A stretch of 64,000 bases of DNA from Magallana gigas (Eukaryota): the NCBI RefSeq assembly GCF_963853765.1, contig NC_088860.1, positions 23,436,001-23,500,000 on the forward strand, in the 5' to 3' direction. This document shows positions 47,976 to 61,400 of this stretch, one piece after another (position 1 is the stretch's first letter; the number at the start of each line of letters is the position of its first letter). Below the pieces are notes generated by a model. The model made no database searches, was not told where the DNA came from, and saw nothing but the letters and a program-made list of their open reading frames with translations. The position numbers and the translations under genes are program-made.

Positions 47976-48709
47976 AACAAGCAGGTTTGAGTGAGGTTGG
48001 AGATTTTTTTAGCATCCTTGATAATGGAGATCAGGCTCTGCATCTGAAGCTACCTCTGCGTTTCATTCATAATATACTTTAGTTATATCAACCATGCAAG
48101 CGATTATCTATAAAACATGACCTGTTCCAAAAAAACTAAACCTCATCCAGCATTCGAAACCTATGGCTCAGATTCAGCATTCAAGCCTGTCTGGTGCATC
48201 AGTTTCATAAGACACATCATCCATGCAAATTTGATGAAATTAGGACCAGTAGTAACAAAGATATAATCATCAGAGGCAACCTGCTCCAAAACCTTTAACC
48301 AGCTCTAAAAACCTTAAGCTCTTCCAGCATCCGAAACCCATAGCTCAGATTCAGCATTCAAGCCTGTCTGGTGCATCAGTATCATAAGACGCACCATCCA
48401 CGCAAATTTGGTGAAGTAGGACCAGTAGTAACTTAGATATTGCTACCAAAGGGCACCTGCAACAAAAACTTTAACCTTCTCCAAAAACCTTAACCTCCTC
48501 CAGCATCTGAAATTTAGGACCCAAATTCAGCATCCAAGTCTTTCAAGTCCATATGTAGGTCCAGATGCACCATCCATGCAAGATTGGTGAAGATAGGACA
48601 AGTAATATCTTAGATACAGGACCTGCAACAAAAACATTAAACAGGTCCGGACGCCGACGCTGGGGGTATAGCATAAGCTCCCCTCGACTTCGTCTCGGTG
48701 AGCTAAAAA
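47976..48709 (-). mobile_element. HINE of a second family with ~176 bp central repeats
   Basis: Ends aacaag... and ...ctcgacttcgtctcggtgagctaaaaa; unit gctcagattcagcattcaagcctgtctggtgcatcag at ~48166 and ~48342, with a third decayed unit at ~48520. Confidence 0.7.
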
Positions 48710-49923
48710 TATGGAGCTCAGACCCACTCTATAAAAGAAAAGGCATTGAAGTTTTAAAAATGATACTATTTAGAGGTTTTGACAGGCATAGCCAGTTTAA
48801 GGTATTCAGTGTTTAATGAAGGGATGTTGAACGATTTTGAATCATTTTAAACCAGTTAAATATGTATTGCTAGATAACAATAAAAGTGAAATGAACCAAA
48901 TTCACATGACTGACCACAAATAAGAAGCCGGTCATTTTGCACCTTAAATTTTTTTAGAGTGTTGAAAAAAAGAAAATTTTAATTTCGTAAAAATATCTGC
49001 GGTAAATGATTCATTTTATTTCATATTTTAAAAAAGAGAAAGTTTATGCATGTATTAACCAAGAGAGTTTTACAAATTTTAAGTTACTTTTTACAATATC
49101 TTATTAAAACATACGTTGCCCATAGACTTCAATGCTAAATTCAAGGTGTAATTAGTTGGACCATAATTAATATTTTAATTTGATAACATCTTCAAAATGA
49201 TATCATGATTAAGAATATCGGACCATTCATTTATTAGGTACAAAATGTGGTCGTTATACATCGAATACCTTAAATCAACATATTTCAAGAATTTAACATA
49301 TTTAAAAGTGTCTTTAATCAATATTATGGTAAATAAACATTGTTTTTAATAGTTTAATAAAGAATTATGAGATAAGTTGATATTTTAGTTTTGTGGTATC
49401 TTATCTTTCATCATATAGTAAGTTTTCACGCCTTATTCACCCATCTTCTTTTCTAAAAACTTCCTTTTCATGTATATATATCTAGTCATTCTGACAAAAT
49501 TTGGGTCCGATTTTCAACATCGCAAAAATGCCGTTAAAAACGGCATATATACCTTTAATGCGCTGAGGATTTTTTTTTACTAGAAAAACTTATTTTTGTT
49601 AATAGCTGCTTAAAAAATTTAGTCACTTTCTGACACTTTTCCGACATCAAAAGCATGAAAGAAAAAGGAGGCCGACTTAACGAGGCCGAGTACAGATCTA
49701 GGACGCACGCTTCCGCGCAGCGTTTCATTTGTAATGTGACGTCATCTTTTTGCTTGGTTGTCGCCATGTCGTGATAGTTTCAACTGGAGATATTCAGCGA
49801 AATTTGTTGAAAATAGCTTGTTTGGTGCGTAAAATTGATATTATATTGTGGAATAAATACAAATGTATAAACATGATAAAGTATAAAGTATCTCTAGGGC
49901 AGAAGTTTTAAATGTCATATATA

Positions 49924-50374
49924 TTTTTAGCCGGGCTCTGCTGAAAGCAGAGTCCTGGCTATAGGCAGGCAAATCGCCAATGTTACTATAAATAGCACAA
50001 ATAAACAAAAAGCCAAACAGCGTCAAGGTAAAGCTTCCGCTATACCAAATAGTTACACAAAGATCCACGTTTTGTCAAAAGTGTTGGCATTTTGTTTCTT
50101 TTTTTTAAATTTCGAATGAATTGTCTATCTTTTTTAGTTTTCTTATTAATAACGTGTTTTTAAAACATTACTATGCATTTTGGGCACATACAATGCGCAT
50201 GAATTTCCATGAACTACTTTGCTGAAGAAACGGGGATTGAATATAATAAATGCTTGTTGCAAAATTCAAGGCAGCAACTGTTAAACTTTTTAACTTCTAC
50301 TAGACAGACATATTTTTGTTTATAGCCGCTTACAAATTTTGGTCGCGCTCTGATGCTTTGCCGACATTAAAAGC

Positions 50375-50442
<68 letters not shown>

Positions 50443-50514
50443 CAGTCTTTACTACACAATATGCATAAAGACACACCAAAAGAGCCCGGCTTTCAGTACT
50501 TCAGTACTTTGATT
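49924..50514 (+). mobile_element. HINE-like element without satellite, containing a (GA)n tract at 50377..50438
   Basis: 5' tttttagccgggctc with inverted partner gagtcctggcta; 3' gagcccggct followed by agtact-tc-agtact. Confidence 0.55.
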
Positions 50515-51312
50515 TATTTTAGACTCGACCTCGTTAAGTTATAATTGAGCATGGTTTTGCGTATTCTTGTAAAATACAGTGTATTTATACCTTTTATAAT
50601 TTTATTCGATGTCATTTATTTAATTGAACACAACAGACAGAACATAGATAAATATTAATATTTTTTTGAAAGGGCTCGATGGTCTCGATCATTTTTTGAC
50701 TATATGGACCTTCTCTAAATTAAGAGCTCTAAATAAAAATGAAGGAAAAGCGAAAATATATATATATATTTTTTTACTATATAATAATTTATTACTAAAA
50801 AAATCATACCTTAAAATTTAAGGTAGATCCCATGGTTAACTGTTGACCATCCAACTTCCTTAGAAATATTTTATTTCTTGACGGGTTTTTTTTTCGTTGT
50901 AACCTTGCCATTGTGCTTTTATGACGTCATGATAAAAATGAAGCCTTCTAATAATATGTGATAAAAAATAATATAAAAGAAAAAGTATAAATCGGACGCC
51001 CTTGAAATATTATCAACCGCTTAATGCTATCCTCGGGATTATTTTTCTGATTTTTTTTAAAAATGAATCCATTGTACCTATCTACATTTGTAATTCTCCA
51101 AATATATAGCAAAATTTGGTATATTATTTGGGATAACGCCCACTAAAAAACCTAACGGTAGAATTAAGTTTTTTTTATTCTCTTTTGAGAAGTGGACAAG
51201 CATAGCCTACACCAAAGTGGATGTAGGCTATGCATGTCCACTTCTCAAAAGAGAAGTGTTTTTATATGTAAGGTAGAAAATAATACAACTAATCACGTAA
51301 TACAATTTATAG

Positions 51313-52339
51313 ACAAAAGAAAAGCTGTCAATGTGACAGCAAACCGGGTTTTCTTTTATGTGAACTGTATCCATAATCCATGTCAACACGTATCCAGTGA
51401 AATGGAGTACCCTATATGCAACATTTTGCAAAAAAATGACCAAGTTCAAAAGCTAGTATTTTTTTTTCATAAATTATTAGAAATCAAAATCCTAGCAATA
51501 TGCACACCTCTGATATATGTACAATTGATCTGCAAAAGAACAACTTCCTATCTTGAAAACTGTAGGAGGAATTATCCGTACAATGAGGGTACCCTATATG
51601 CAATATTTTGCCAAAAAATGACTAAGTTCAAAATCTGGTATTTTTTTCACAAAATTATCAGAAATCAAAATCATATCAAAATGCACACCTCTGATATATG
51701 TACAATTGATCTGCAATACCTTATATGCAATATTTTGCCAAAAAATGACTAAGTTCAAAATCTGGTATTTTTTTCATAAATTATCAGAAATCAAAATCCT
51801 ATCAATATGCACACCTCTGATATATGTACAATTGATCAGCAAAAGAACAACTTCCTATCTTGAGAACTGTAGGAGGATTTATCCGTACAATGAGGGTACC
51901 CTATATGCAATATTTTGCCAAAAAATGACGAAGTTCAAAAGCTGGTATTTTTTTCATGAATTATCAGAAATCAAAATCCTATCAATATGCACACCTCTGA
52001 TATATGTACAATTGATCAGCAAAAGAACAACGTCCTATCTTAAAAACTGTAGGAGGAGTTATCCGTACAATGAGGGTACCCTATATGCAAAATTTTGCCA
52101 AAAAATGACTAAGTTCAAAACCTGGTATTTTTTCGATAAATTATCAGAAAACAAAATCCTTGCAATATGCACACCTCTGATATATGTTCAATTGATCTGC
52201 AAAAGAACAACTTCCTATCTTGAAAACTGTAGGAGGAGTTATTCGTACAATGAGGGTACCCTTTTGACAGCCGCCCGCCCGCCCGCCATTTTCACCATTT
52301 TAATAACCGGATTTTTCCGTTGGAAAACCCGGTTAAAAA
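51313..52339 (-). mobile_element. HINE with five monomers (four ~180 bp, one truncated ~127 bp)
   Basis: Exact 180 bp period at 51841/52021/52201; same termini as the other copies. Confidence 0.85.
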
Positions 52340-53851
52340 TTGCTATTGTAGTATATTTAAAATCTGCTTCGAAGCGCCGAAAATGATAATTTCTATAATA
52401 TACCTAATGACGTACCACTATTTTGCGATGGCCTTAAAAAAGAACCAGATGGTAGATTTTCTTGAAACTTCGCAAATAAACTAGAGGTTTAACTTACATA
52501 TGGCTAAAAAAATGAAAAGATTTGCTATTGTAGTTTTCCCGCAAAATACCACAATCGGGCTTCTTAAAACACACTTAATGCGATGTGTTTTTGTTGACGT
52601 TTACAATGATTTTCAAATAGATTAAAAAGATCGTAAGTTTTAGAACACTGTCTGCATTTGGCCATTGCGTTTTGCAGACGAGAAAAATGTAAAAACTGGT
52701 TTCTTGTATTTGTGACTTTAGTAAAACATTGCTTTACAACAACATTTAAAAAATGCATGCCATTTTAAAATTCTAAAAAGGTTAAACATAAAGATACACT
52801 CTGTATTTCTTATATATATGAAAAGTGCAATAAGCAACCACCACAAATATTGAATAACGTTGAAAGTCGACCATATGGCTTGTTTTCTTAATACTTGAAA
52901 CTTAAATGAATTTCTAAAGTACACACATGGTTATCAGAGAAATTGTTCTATTTGAACATTTTAACTGTACAACGGTGAATTTAATATTCTACTGATGTAT
53001 ACATAGTGTACTTAAAATTGTTCCGTTGAATTTTTCCCCAAACAAAATTGTACAATCTCCAGTTGAACAATTTTAGATGTATTTCTTAAAAAGTATATAA
53101 ACGGACAAACTTAAGAAGACAAAACTTGTCTCAGACATACAATTACATATGCATTTAAATGTTTCGCATAATATATTGCCATCGAGCCATTGATTTCAAA
53201 GATTTGAGCCATTGCATCAAGGATGAAAATAAACTATATAATACCTGTTCCTATATAAAACAATCCATGCACCTGTGTTAAAATATATCATTCTAGCATG
53301 AATTCTAAAAATTCTGATTTAAAAAAAATGGATGATAAAAATATCATAAAAATCAGGACAATAACACAGATATTTACAAACAAATTAAAAACTTTTTTTG
53401 GTAAACATTAGGGGGGGGAGCCAGTGTTAAGTTATTCTGACAAATCACTGCAATTATCGCTGACAAATTATACTAGGTGACGACTAAAATAGGTATCATT
53501 TTTATATAGAACTGATATATACACGTTCTTTTAATTGCATCTGCCGCAAACTGATTATTTACGACACAGTTATGACGTAACACAATTATAAAGAGAGAAC
53601 ATCAACAAATTCAAATTCAAAATGCTATTTTTAAAAAATGATGAAAAATACAAAAATACAAATGTTAGATTTATATCTAATATATGTACCAAACTTGTCA
53701 AGAAATAACTTTTTTGTTATCATTCGCCTGTTCATTTCTTTGAAGAAAATACATGTTATTCATTGTGTTCTTGACATATTCGATCTGGATACCAAGACAT
53801 TAGGCAGCAGTACAATGTCTTGTATCTGTTTTTTAATGATGAGCTGCTATA

Positions 53852-53970
53852 ATGACAAGCAATGCATTGTGTCAAACCATTAGAAAAAGTCTTGAAATAC
53901 TATAATATATCACATATTATAGTATTTCAAGACTTTTTCTAATGGTTTGACACAATGCATTGCTTGTCAT
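53852..53970. repeat. Perfect inverted repeat, 57 bp arms with 5 nt loop
   Basis: atgacaagc...tataatat-ATCAC-atattata...gcttgtcat, no mismatches. Confidence 0.97.
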
Positions 53971-54399
53971 CCGCAAGTAAAATCAAATAACATCGATGAA
54001 TGTAGAACAACAACGAAGAAATTTCTATGATTGAAAGTTCATGATAATGAGCATGGCATATAGTGAAATAAGAATAGATTTTTCAGGTCAATGATTTTAT
54101 ATTTCTTACTGCAAATTAAGAAGAAAAAATAATGAACTTATTGTTAGCAAATAAAATAACTACGGAAATGTGGATATGTGCTAAATGCAATTTAATGTGT
54201 AAATTCTAAAGTGAACTGAGAAAAAGAGTAGGGATTTGTTTTTAACACATACTATTTACCGTTCCCAGTGTCTTTATCTTTGATAACACTACAGTCAAAG
54301 TTATGCACAGTCCAATACATTTCAGGACTATTTTAATATTAAATCGTACAATTGCTGAACATTATATAAATAAATGTAATAAAAAATAATTTCTTGAAT

Positions 54400-54545
54400 A
54401 TTATTAGGTTATCAAATAGGGTCGGGCTGATCAAATTTAACAAAAAGCCCAAAATAAAGCCCTTCGGGCTTTTTTAAATATACTGATGCCCAACCGTATC
54501 TAATACCTAAAAATACTAAAAGAATGATTCCTGATTCCTTAATTA
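54400..54545. repeat. Degenerate copy of hairpin family 2
   Basis: ttcttgaatattattagg...aaagcccttcgggcttt...aagaatgattcctgattccttaa. Confidence 0.6.
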
Positions 54546-55609
54546 ACCTTATAATGTAGTTTTTCTTTTTCAATACAATAGAGCAAACATGATATTGGTC
54601 ATTTCAATTAAGTCCTACTGGAACTCCAATAATCTGAAGAGCGCAAGCTATTGGTAAGTTGACATCAACTTTAATCATTAAAAATGCATTTGATATGAAA
54701 GTGTATGGATTTCAATGATTATGGAAAATGAATATGTACTTCCTAACTTAATAATTCAACATATCAACTACTTATTAATAATAAAAGCATAGTTAAATTA
54801 AACATCGGAATACACTACAAATATATACATGGATAAAAAAAATCCGGAAACAAATGGACCCTGAGAAATTAACAAATTACAACAATTATTCATGTTAACA
54901 ATGGGATTTGAATTTTTCAAGAAAAATGTTCAACTTCATTCTGACAATTTTCCAGATTCTTTACTGAACTACATGTATAAGCAGACAATCAAAACTATTT
55001 CATCAAAACCACTAAAAAAGGAGATACCTATAAACTGCAGTGCTTGTCAGTCTTAGCAGCCGTTTTGATTTAACCGTATAACAACATATCCTTAAGGATA
55101 ATGAAATTGTGTTAGTCAAGACTCATTTCAAGTAAAACGAATTTCCTTAAAACAAACATATCATTTTAATTACTAGTATCATAGTTAGCAAATCGCTGTC
55201 CTTTAAAAGAAAACTACCATTGTAGTAAATTGTAAAATAAATCTAGAATACTAGTGTGTTGATACTATGGATTAAACCATAGAATCGATTTTAAAATGGG
55301 TCTCAAACTGAGTTTTTTTAGCAGTCCCAATCTGGAGTCCTGATTCTTTATAAATCGCTTAGCGGTGTGTTAAAATTCTTAGGAGAAAGTCATATCCCAA
55401 TATCTTAAAAAGTTTTTGACTGTCGTTAATGCCGTCATAGATCACGATGATCCCCCAAAAGTCTTGAACAAGTTCAAAAGGGCATTTTTTTTTTATCTTA
55501 AGACATGATGGTTTATTATGTGGCAGATGGAGGCAAGGGAAGGAAAACAAATAATTCGGACATGGATTTAACACAGAGATCTTGCTCTGACCTTGACAAA
55601 TCACATTAA

Positions 55610-56187
55610 AGGACTATATGGTTTGGGCTTAAAATGGCCCCCTTAAATGAACATTGTCATTTTACTGTAATTCTTTGTTTTATTTGTACAAATATACATT
55701 TGAAGTTTTTTCATAACTTTCATTTTGATTTTAGTGCCCACAATTTAAACATATGACATCATAAAGTTTACCTTTTCCCGCCGTTTTCTCAGTTTTAGCA
55801 TAAAACGGCTTGTTTTGAAGCAGTTTTTCTTTAAGGAAACATTGAGCAACTGCTTGAACAAACAAACTATTTTCACCAAAGATGTATCTTTCCAATACTT
55901 ATAAGTGGCAAAAAGTTTGTTCTTGTTCAAAGAGTCGCTTTATATTTCCCATTCGAAAAAAGATAAGAAAAATGTCAATGTTTGACTGATTTTGATTGAA
56001 TTATAAAAATTGCGTCATTTCTGACGTCATATACTGCCAGTGAGTGCATATAAATCAAATAAATAGGTAAAAAAATATATTTTATGTCAACCTCTTTCAT
56101 AAAATAGCACAACAAATTAATGTACCTGAATAATTTAAAAACAGCGAATTATGGGGGCCAAATTTGACTAATACCATATTTAGTTCT
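55610..56187. mobile_element. Degenerate TIR element flanked by TTAA/TTGA (Kolobok-like)
   Basis: ttaa|aggactatatggtttgggcttaaaatggccccc vs gggggccaaatttgactaataccatatttagttct|ttga. Confidence 0.45.
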
Positions 56188-56364
56188 TTGATCCACTTAA
56201 AAAAATGTTGACGTTTCGACGTCGTTTTTTTTCATATTGAAATAGCATCACTGTAAACGCATACTTTCTCTGCACACCTATATACCACAAGCAGCTCTTA
56301 AGTGTGAGGAACTGAAGAACGGTCCAAATCCGCAATTCAAGAAGATTTGTTATGCACTCACTGT

Positions 56365-56630
56365 GACTCACTGATCGTGATCTTACCCCAAAACTTGATT
56401 CAAGGTCACTGCAAAATCCTTTACCAACAGACGTTATTTGGGTTAAGCATGAGCCAGATTAGGTCGATTAGAGTCTGGACAAGGTTTGCTATTATTTAAT
56501 GTCATCGCACATATTATAGCAAAGGATTTTAAGTAGGGGAGGCATGAGCCAAATTTGTCCAAAGGGAAAAAAATATGATCTGGACAAGTGATAAAGGGCA
56601 GACAGTCACAGAGGGAGTCTTTTAATATGG
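56365..56630 (+). mobile_element. Relic of a HINE/pearl-type satellite repeat
   Basis: Two decayed atgagcca...tctggacaag units, aaacttgattcaaggtcactgca, and a gcagacagtc tail. Confidence 0.4.
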
Positions 56631-57586
56631 TAATTGTCTTGCGAAAGAGTACATTTGAAACGAAATAAGACTTAGTACCAATATATTAACTCCATTTCTA
56701 AACTCAACTTTCAAAGATTGCAAAATTTAAACCTCTTTAAATGCAATGCATTAACAGGAAGAACAACCGACAGCAAATCAACGTTACAGTAACCGATACA
56801 GAACGCATATTAAAATATGATTTTCCTAAAACAAAAACTACTTCATCGAAGCGAGCCTCCAAAGTTCTCTCTTATTTCTAAGATTTTTATACAGTATTGT
56901 TCAGCTTCTACTTTGACAATCGTATTTTCGTACATATGGACGTCATACTGAATATGTGAGGTCTTTGTGGATTTTGACAAGATAATCTTGGTCAAAGAAG
57001 TAGAAAATCTTTGTTGTAAACAATAACTCATTGTATCAACATCGTCAAAACACAAAGCAATATGGCGGATAATTAGCTTTACAGACGTTCTGAAATCTTT
57101 CTACTTCTAAACAAGATCGCCGTGGAATCATATCGTATCTTTTAGAGCTACATCTACTTTTGGACATAATTTGGATGCCGATTAAACCAGAACCACACCG
57201 AATCAACAATCAAGACCGTGCTTTTTCAAAATGCTAGTTGGGACTGCATTGCAGAGAAAGATATTCATCAGATAAATACAGCTTGCAATTAAATAACTGA
57301 TTTTCAAATAAGAAGTCTATTGAATTTAATTCCATTGAATTTACTACGGAAAAGGAATGCTAGAATGCTTCAAAACAGCTGCTCCGTTTTTTTGCCAAAT
57401 GGCTGTATCAAGTGAGAAATTATGATCATCAATAGAACAAAAACAAACAGAAAACCCATAACAAACAGATCCCAGTGTTTCCCAACACTCTATTCTACGG
57501 TCTATATTCTCCCTTCAACCGCAAAAACAGTATTTGAATAATAAACATCGACAAAATTCCTCAGGAATCAAAATCTTCAGATTGGA

Positions 57587-57669
57587 TGGTGACAATACAA
57601 CGATACTATAAGACAATACACTGGTGACAATACAACGATACTATAAGACAATAAAACGATACTATAGGA
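57587..57669. repeat. 35 bp tandem repeat (~2.3 copies)
   Basis: tggtgacaatacaacgatactataagacaatac at 57587 and 57622. Confidence 0.85.
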
Positions 57670-58485
57670 CACCACAACTCTGCCTGATTATTTACTAGTT
57701 TTAAGGCCATAAAAAGTCAGATTATCTTGGGTTTTCTCCGTTACCTTGATCTAAACCGTGATTAAATAATCATAGCCTTACTGCTGTAATGTTGCATATT
57801 GTTTAAATCAACTGTTTAGGGGTGGTAAGATCCCGGGGCTCATTTTTAGAGGATGATAATGACCTTACGATGATTGCTCCTATTTCTGAAATGAATTGCA
57901 TAAAATCCAGCTCAGTATTGACAGTATTTAAATCTTTCATAATTCTTCTATGCTTACAAATCTTTGTATTAAGGAATATATATCATTATTATACCAATAA
58001 ACCAATAATAAAAAAGTTTTTTTTCGTGTCAAGTTCCAATAGTTAATGTTGAACATTTGTCTGCCAAAAACCCTTTTTCTTTCCTTTAATTTTGGACACC
58101 TCTTTTACAAATACTATACACTCACATTAAATATATTTTCAAGAAATGTTTTCTTTAGTGTGAAAAATGGAAGTCTTGCACAAAACTTGAAAAACATATG
58201 ACATGTGTGGTGAACCAAATGTAAACCTAAAATCCATTCACAGCACACTTTGTCATCAACCAAACAGTGATAAAAACCAGACATTATACTAAATATCAGC
58301 AATGGGCAACAACATTACAATGCATAGATATTCCCAGGCTAGATTTTTATGGGACGGATTAGGTTCTTAACCAAATGTCTATTTTCTGGCAAAGCTCAAT
58401 CAAATTTAAACGGGTGGCAATTACATAACATATAGAGCATTTTCTTTCAGTAAATACTGACAAATTCCGTTTTCAGTTGGTGTGC

Positions 58486-61400
58486 TCATGAGATGTAGGC
58501 TTTAACTGATTTGGAGATAGGTTGTCGACAAATAGGACACTGTTGTAAGGAAACAGCACAGCTGGCACAACAGCAAATATGACCACAAGGTTCAAACAGC
58601 ACCCCAACATCTTCATCTAGACATATTTTACACAGTTTCTGTTCCTTCAGGTTGCGATTCTCTTCAATAATTTTTTGCAACCCTATTTTGAAAATAAGAA
58701 ACAATGAATGATTTCCACAAAAAGGTTCATTATAATAAAATCTCTTGAGAAATCCAAGCAATTTTTTCATGTTCCAGTAAATTTTTTTTATGGTAGCTTC
58801 TAGACATTGAGTTACAATTCAAAAGAAAATCATCATCTGTTTTCATCTTTTAATATAATTTATTACTGTATGATGTAATGTACTAATTTTCAAATAATTT
58901 TCTTTGGTACTTAAACTAGCTCTTTTATAGAAGCCAGTGTACTCACTTTTCCTCTCATCTGACCCTTCCTCAGCTGTTGAGGTGTGACTGGCTCCCGCTG
59001 CTATGGATGCTTGGCTGGTTCCTGCTGCACCAGCCCCTGCATCACTTGGCTTTGATGAAGCCGATGAAGAAGAAGATGGGTCATCAACTGTCTTCACAGA
59101 TGTCTCCTGTGCTGTTTAGTCATCAAAAAGGTTTTTTTTGGGGTTTTTTTTCCAGATGTTATAAAGTCAATAATAAATAAATAGTGCCCGTTTGGGAGGG
59201 TAATAGTTGAAATCTACAACCCTTGAAAACCATTGTCAGCCGACCCGAAGCGGAGGTTGATAATGGTTTTCTTGAAATTGAAACCCTGAGAAAATCATTG
59301 TCAATCGACGCGAAGCGGAGGTTGACAATGGTTTTCGAGGGGTGTCAATTTCAACTTTTACCCTCCCAAATAGGCACTATTTATTTTATTATACTGAATG
59401 TCTTAATTTTAGAAAAAAAAATTCTGATTTTATCAAGAAATGACGTGAATTCTACGACAAACAGTACGTGCATAATTTACGCACATAGAACAATTCAATG
59501 TGTTACCCGTAGCCACTGAAGGTAAATCAACGGATTATTAACTGCGTCTAAACCAATCAGATTTCAGTATTTAACATGAAAGTATAATAATATAAAGATA
59601 TTAAGAATGCTTTAATAGTTACACCTACCAATGGGCCCATGGCTTGTTTCTTCATCATCGATCTGCATTCGATTCATTTCCTGATATAAATTTTACAGTA
59701 AAATTCTGTCAATACAAATTCCAAGGGATTGATTAAATAACCATAAATTATATATTATGTTCATAGTGAACTCATGAAATCATATACATGTCCTATAAAT
59801 TCCTTACATGGAAAACAATTTCTAAACAACAAGGACTTGCTTATTGTTATATTGTAACACATGTACATGTAATAATGATCAACTTTCATAAAATAAATCA
59901 TGTTATTCTATATACTTTAAAGCAACTTTTATTCGAGTTGACTTTATTTTGCAATTAACTGGAGGTAAACTTGTTCATGACAACTTTTTTCATGACCACA
60001 CTTTCTGTACACTCGTTTTGATATAACACCCATATGGCAAAGATTAGACTAAGTTCGCAGCGAAAAATGTTCGCGACAAAGAGGCTCTCATGAATCTTGC
60101 AAGTTTTTCTGGCATGTGAATAAAACTTGTTTAACATGCAGTTTATGAATACTGGTAAAAAATAAATTAATCAGGTAATTATAATTGTATTAAAAATTTT
60201 TTTCTTCTGATGGTTCATATAGGTAAACAGGCATCATAATTTTTTAAAATGGAAGGAGGCAGACTCATCTTTAAAAAAAATTGTAACAAGCAAAAAAGAA
60301 AAAAGAAAACAAATTTCCTAATCGTGAAAATCCTGATCCATTGGGAGATTTCGGGGTCTAGTACCTAAAACTGAAATTTCAGTGTTTTTATCATTTATTT
60401 CAATTTGATTTTGACTCCCCCCCCCCCCCCATCCATCCTCTCCCTGATGCTGCATGCCAGCATTGCTAACCCAAGTTTATGTTATCAAAAAATATAAAAC
60501 AGAAAAAGTCAGCAGAAATATTTTCCTTTTTCTGTCATTTTTCATCAATTCATTTCCTTGTTTGAGTTCCCTTTAATTAAAATAACTTTTATTCAATTAA
60601 TTGAAAATAATACATGTATGTTACAAATAGATACATGTAGCATTTCCCTGTTATTTTATATATAAAAAAAAACTAATTAAAAAAGGATAATTTGATACAT
60701 ATTACATGCTAATTTTTGATGAATGAATTCACTTCTTTCAAACTGTATAAAGAAAAACTTGGTTGGTCAAAGTGATGCTTAAAGATGATTAAAAGAGGAA
60801 AGTATTTGGTGTGTCAAGCCAACCTTTAAGTATATTTAAGGAAAGACTCACTTAATTTTGTAGTCTTTATGTCACAAAAATTTCCAAGCCCCTTAAACAC
60901 TTAAGATGGCCTTATTTTCATTCATGATAAAAAAAGAATTGATATACGTGTAATTCTGAATTTTGATATGTATGTTTAGGGGAAAATCGAAAGATTTCAA
61001 ACTACCGGGTAATTGTAATAAATCATCCCACAGATCTTAATTGTAAATTTACATGTAATGCAAAGGGGTCCACTGAGCTAAAATATATTGGCATGAATTG
61101 GGGAAATATTGGGGAAGTGTGCATACATGCTATAACTTGGATTTCACTGTCCATTAGCTGACTTTGACTTTCATATTTTACATGCTCCAAAAACAGGGGG
61201 GGGGGGGGGGGGACTCTAATTTGCTATATTTAAATTCAAAAAGTCATTTTTCAATTTCTTTTAATTTATTTTAATTCTGCAAACCTCGCTTGCTTGTTTC
61301 ATGTTACAAATTTGATTCGTTGTGTTATCACTGAGGTGGACATTTCAAATATGAGGAAGAATCACCCTTAAGTGTTCAATACCAAACACACTTGGAACAA

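Noticed and set aside
51192-52386. 186 aa and 226 aa ORFs with 60 aa repeats
   Set aside because: By-product of a 180 bp satellite monomer (multiple of 3); other HINE copies do not keep the frame.
54581-54653. Possible plus-strand exon (ag...gtaagt) antisense to the IAP cluster
   Set aside because: Single isolated candidate with no partner exons or homology.
49737-56029. Three TGACGTCA (CRE) palindromes at 49737, 50922 and 56022
   Set aside because: Scattered, at least one inside a TE relic, and not clustered near a defined TSS.
56843-57100. IALCFDDVD...KIILS resembling the Walker B region of a STAND/NB-ARC ATPase
   Set aside because: No Walker A, stops upstream and no clear splice context; a translated HMM search would be needed.
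61196-61212. Long G run (also C runs at ~21178 and ~60417) as G-quadruplex candidates
   Set aside because: Homopolymers typical of repeat fragments, of unreliable length, with no supporting context.
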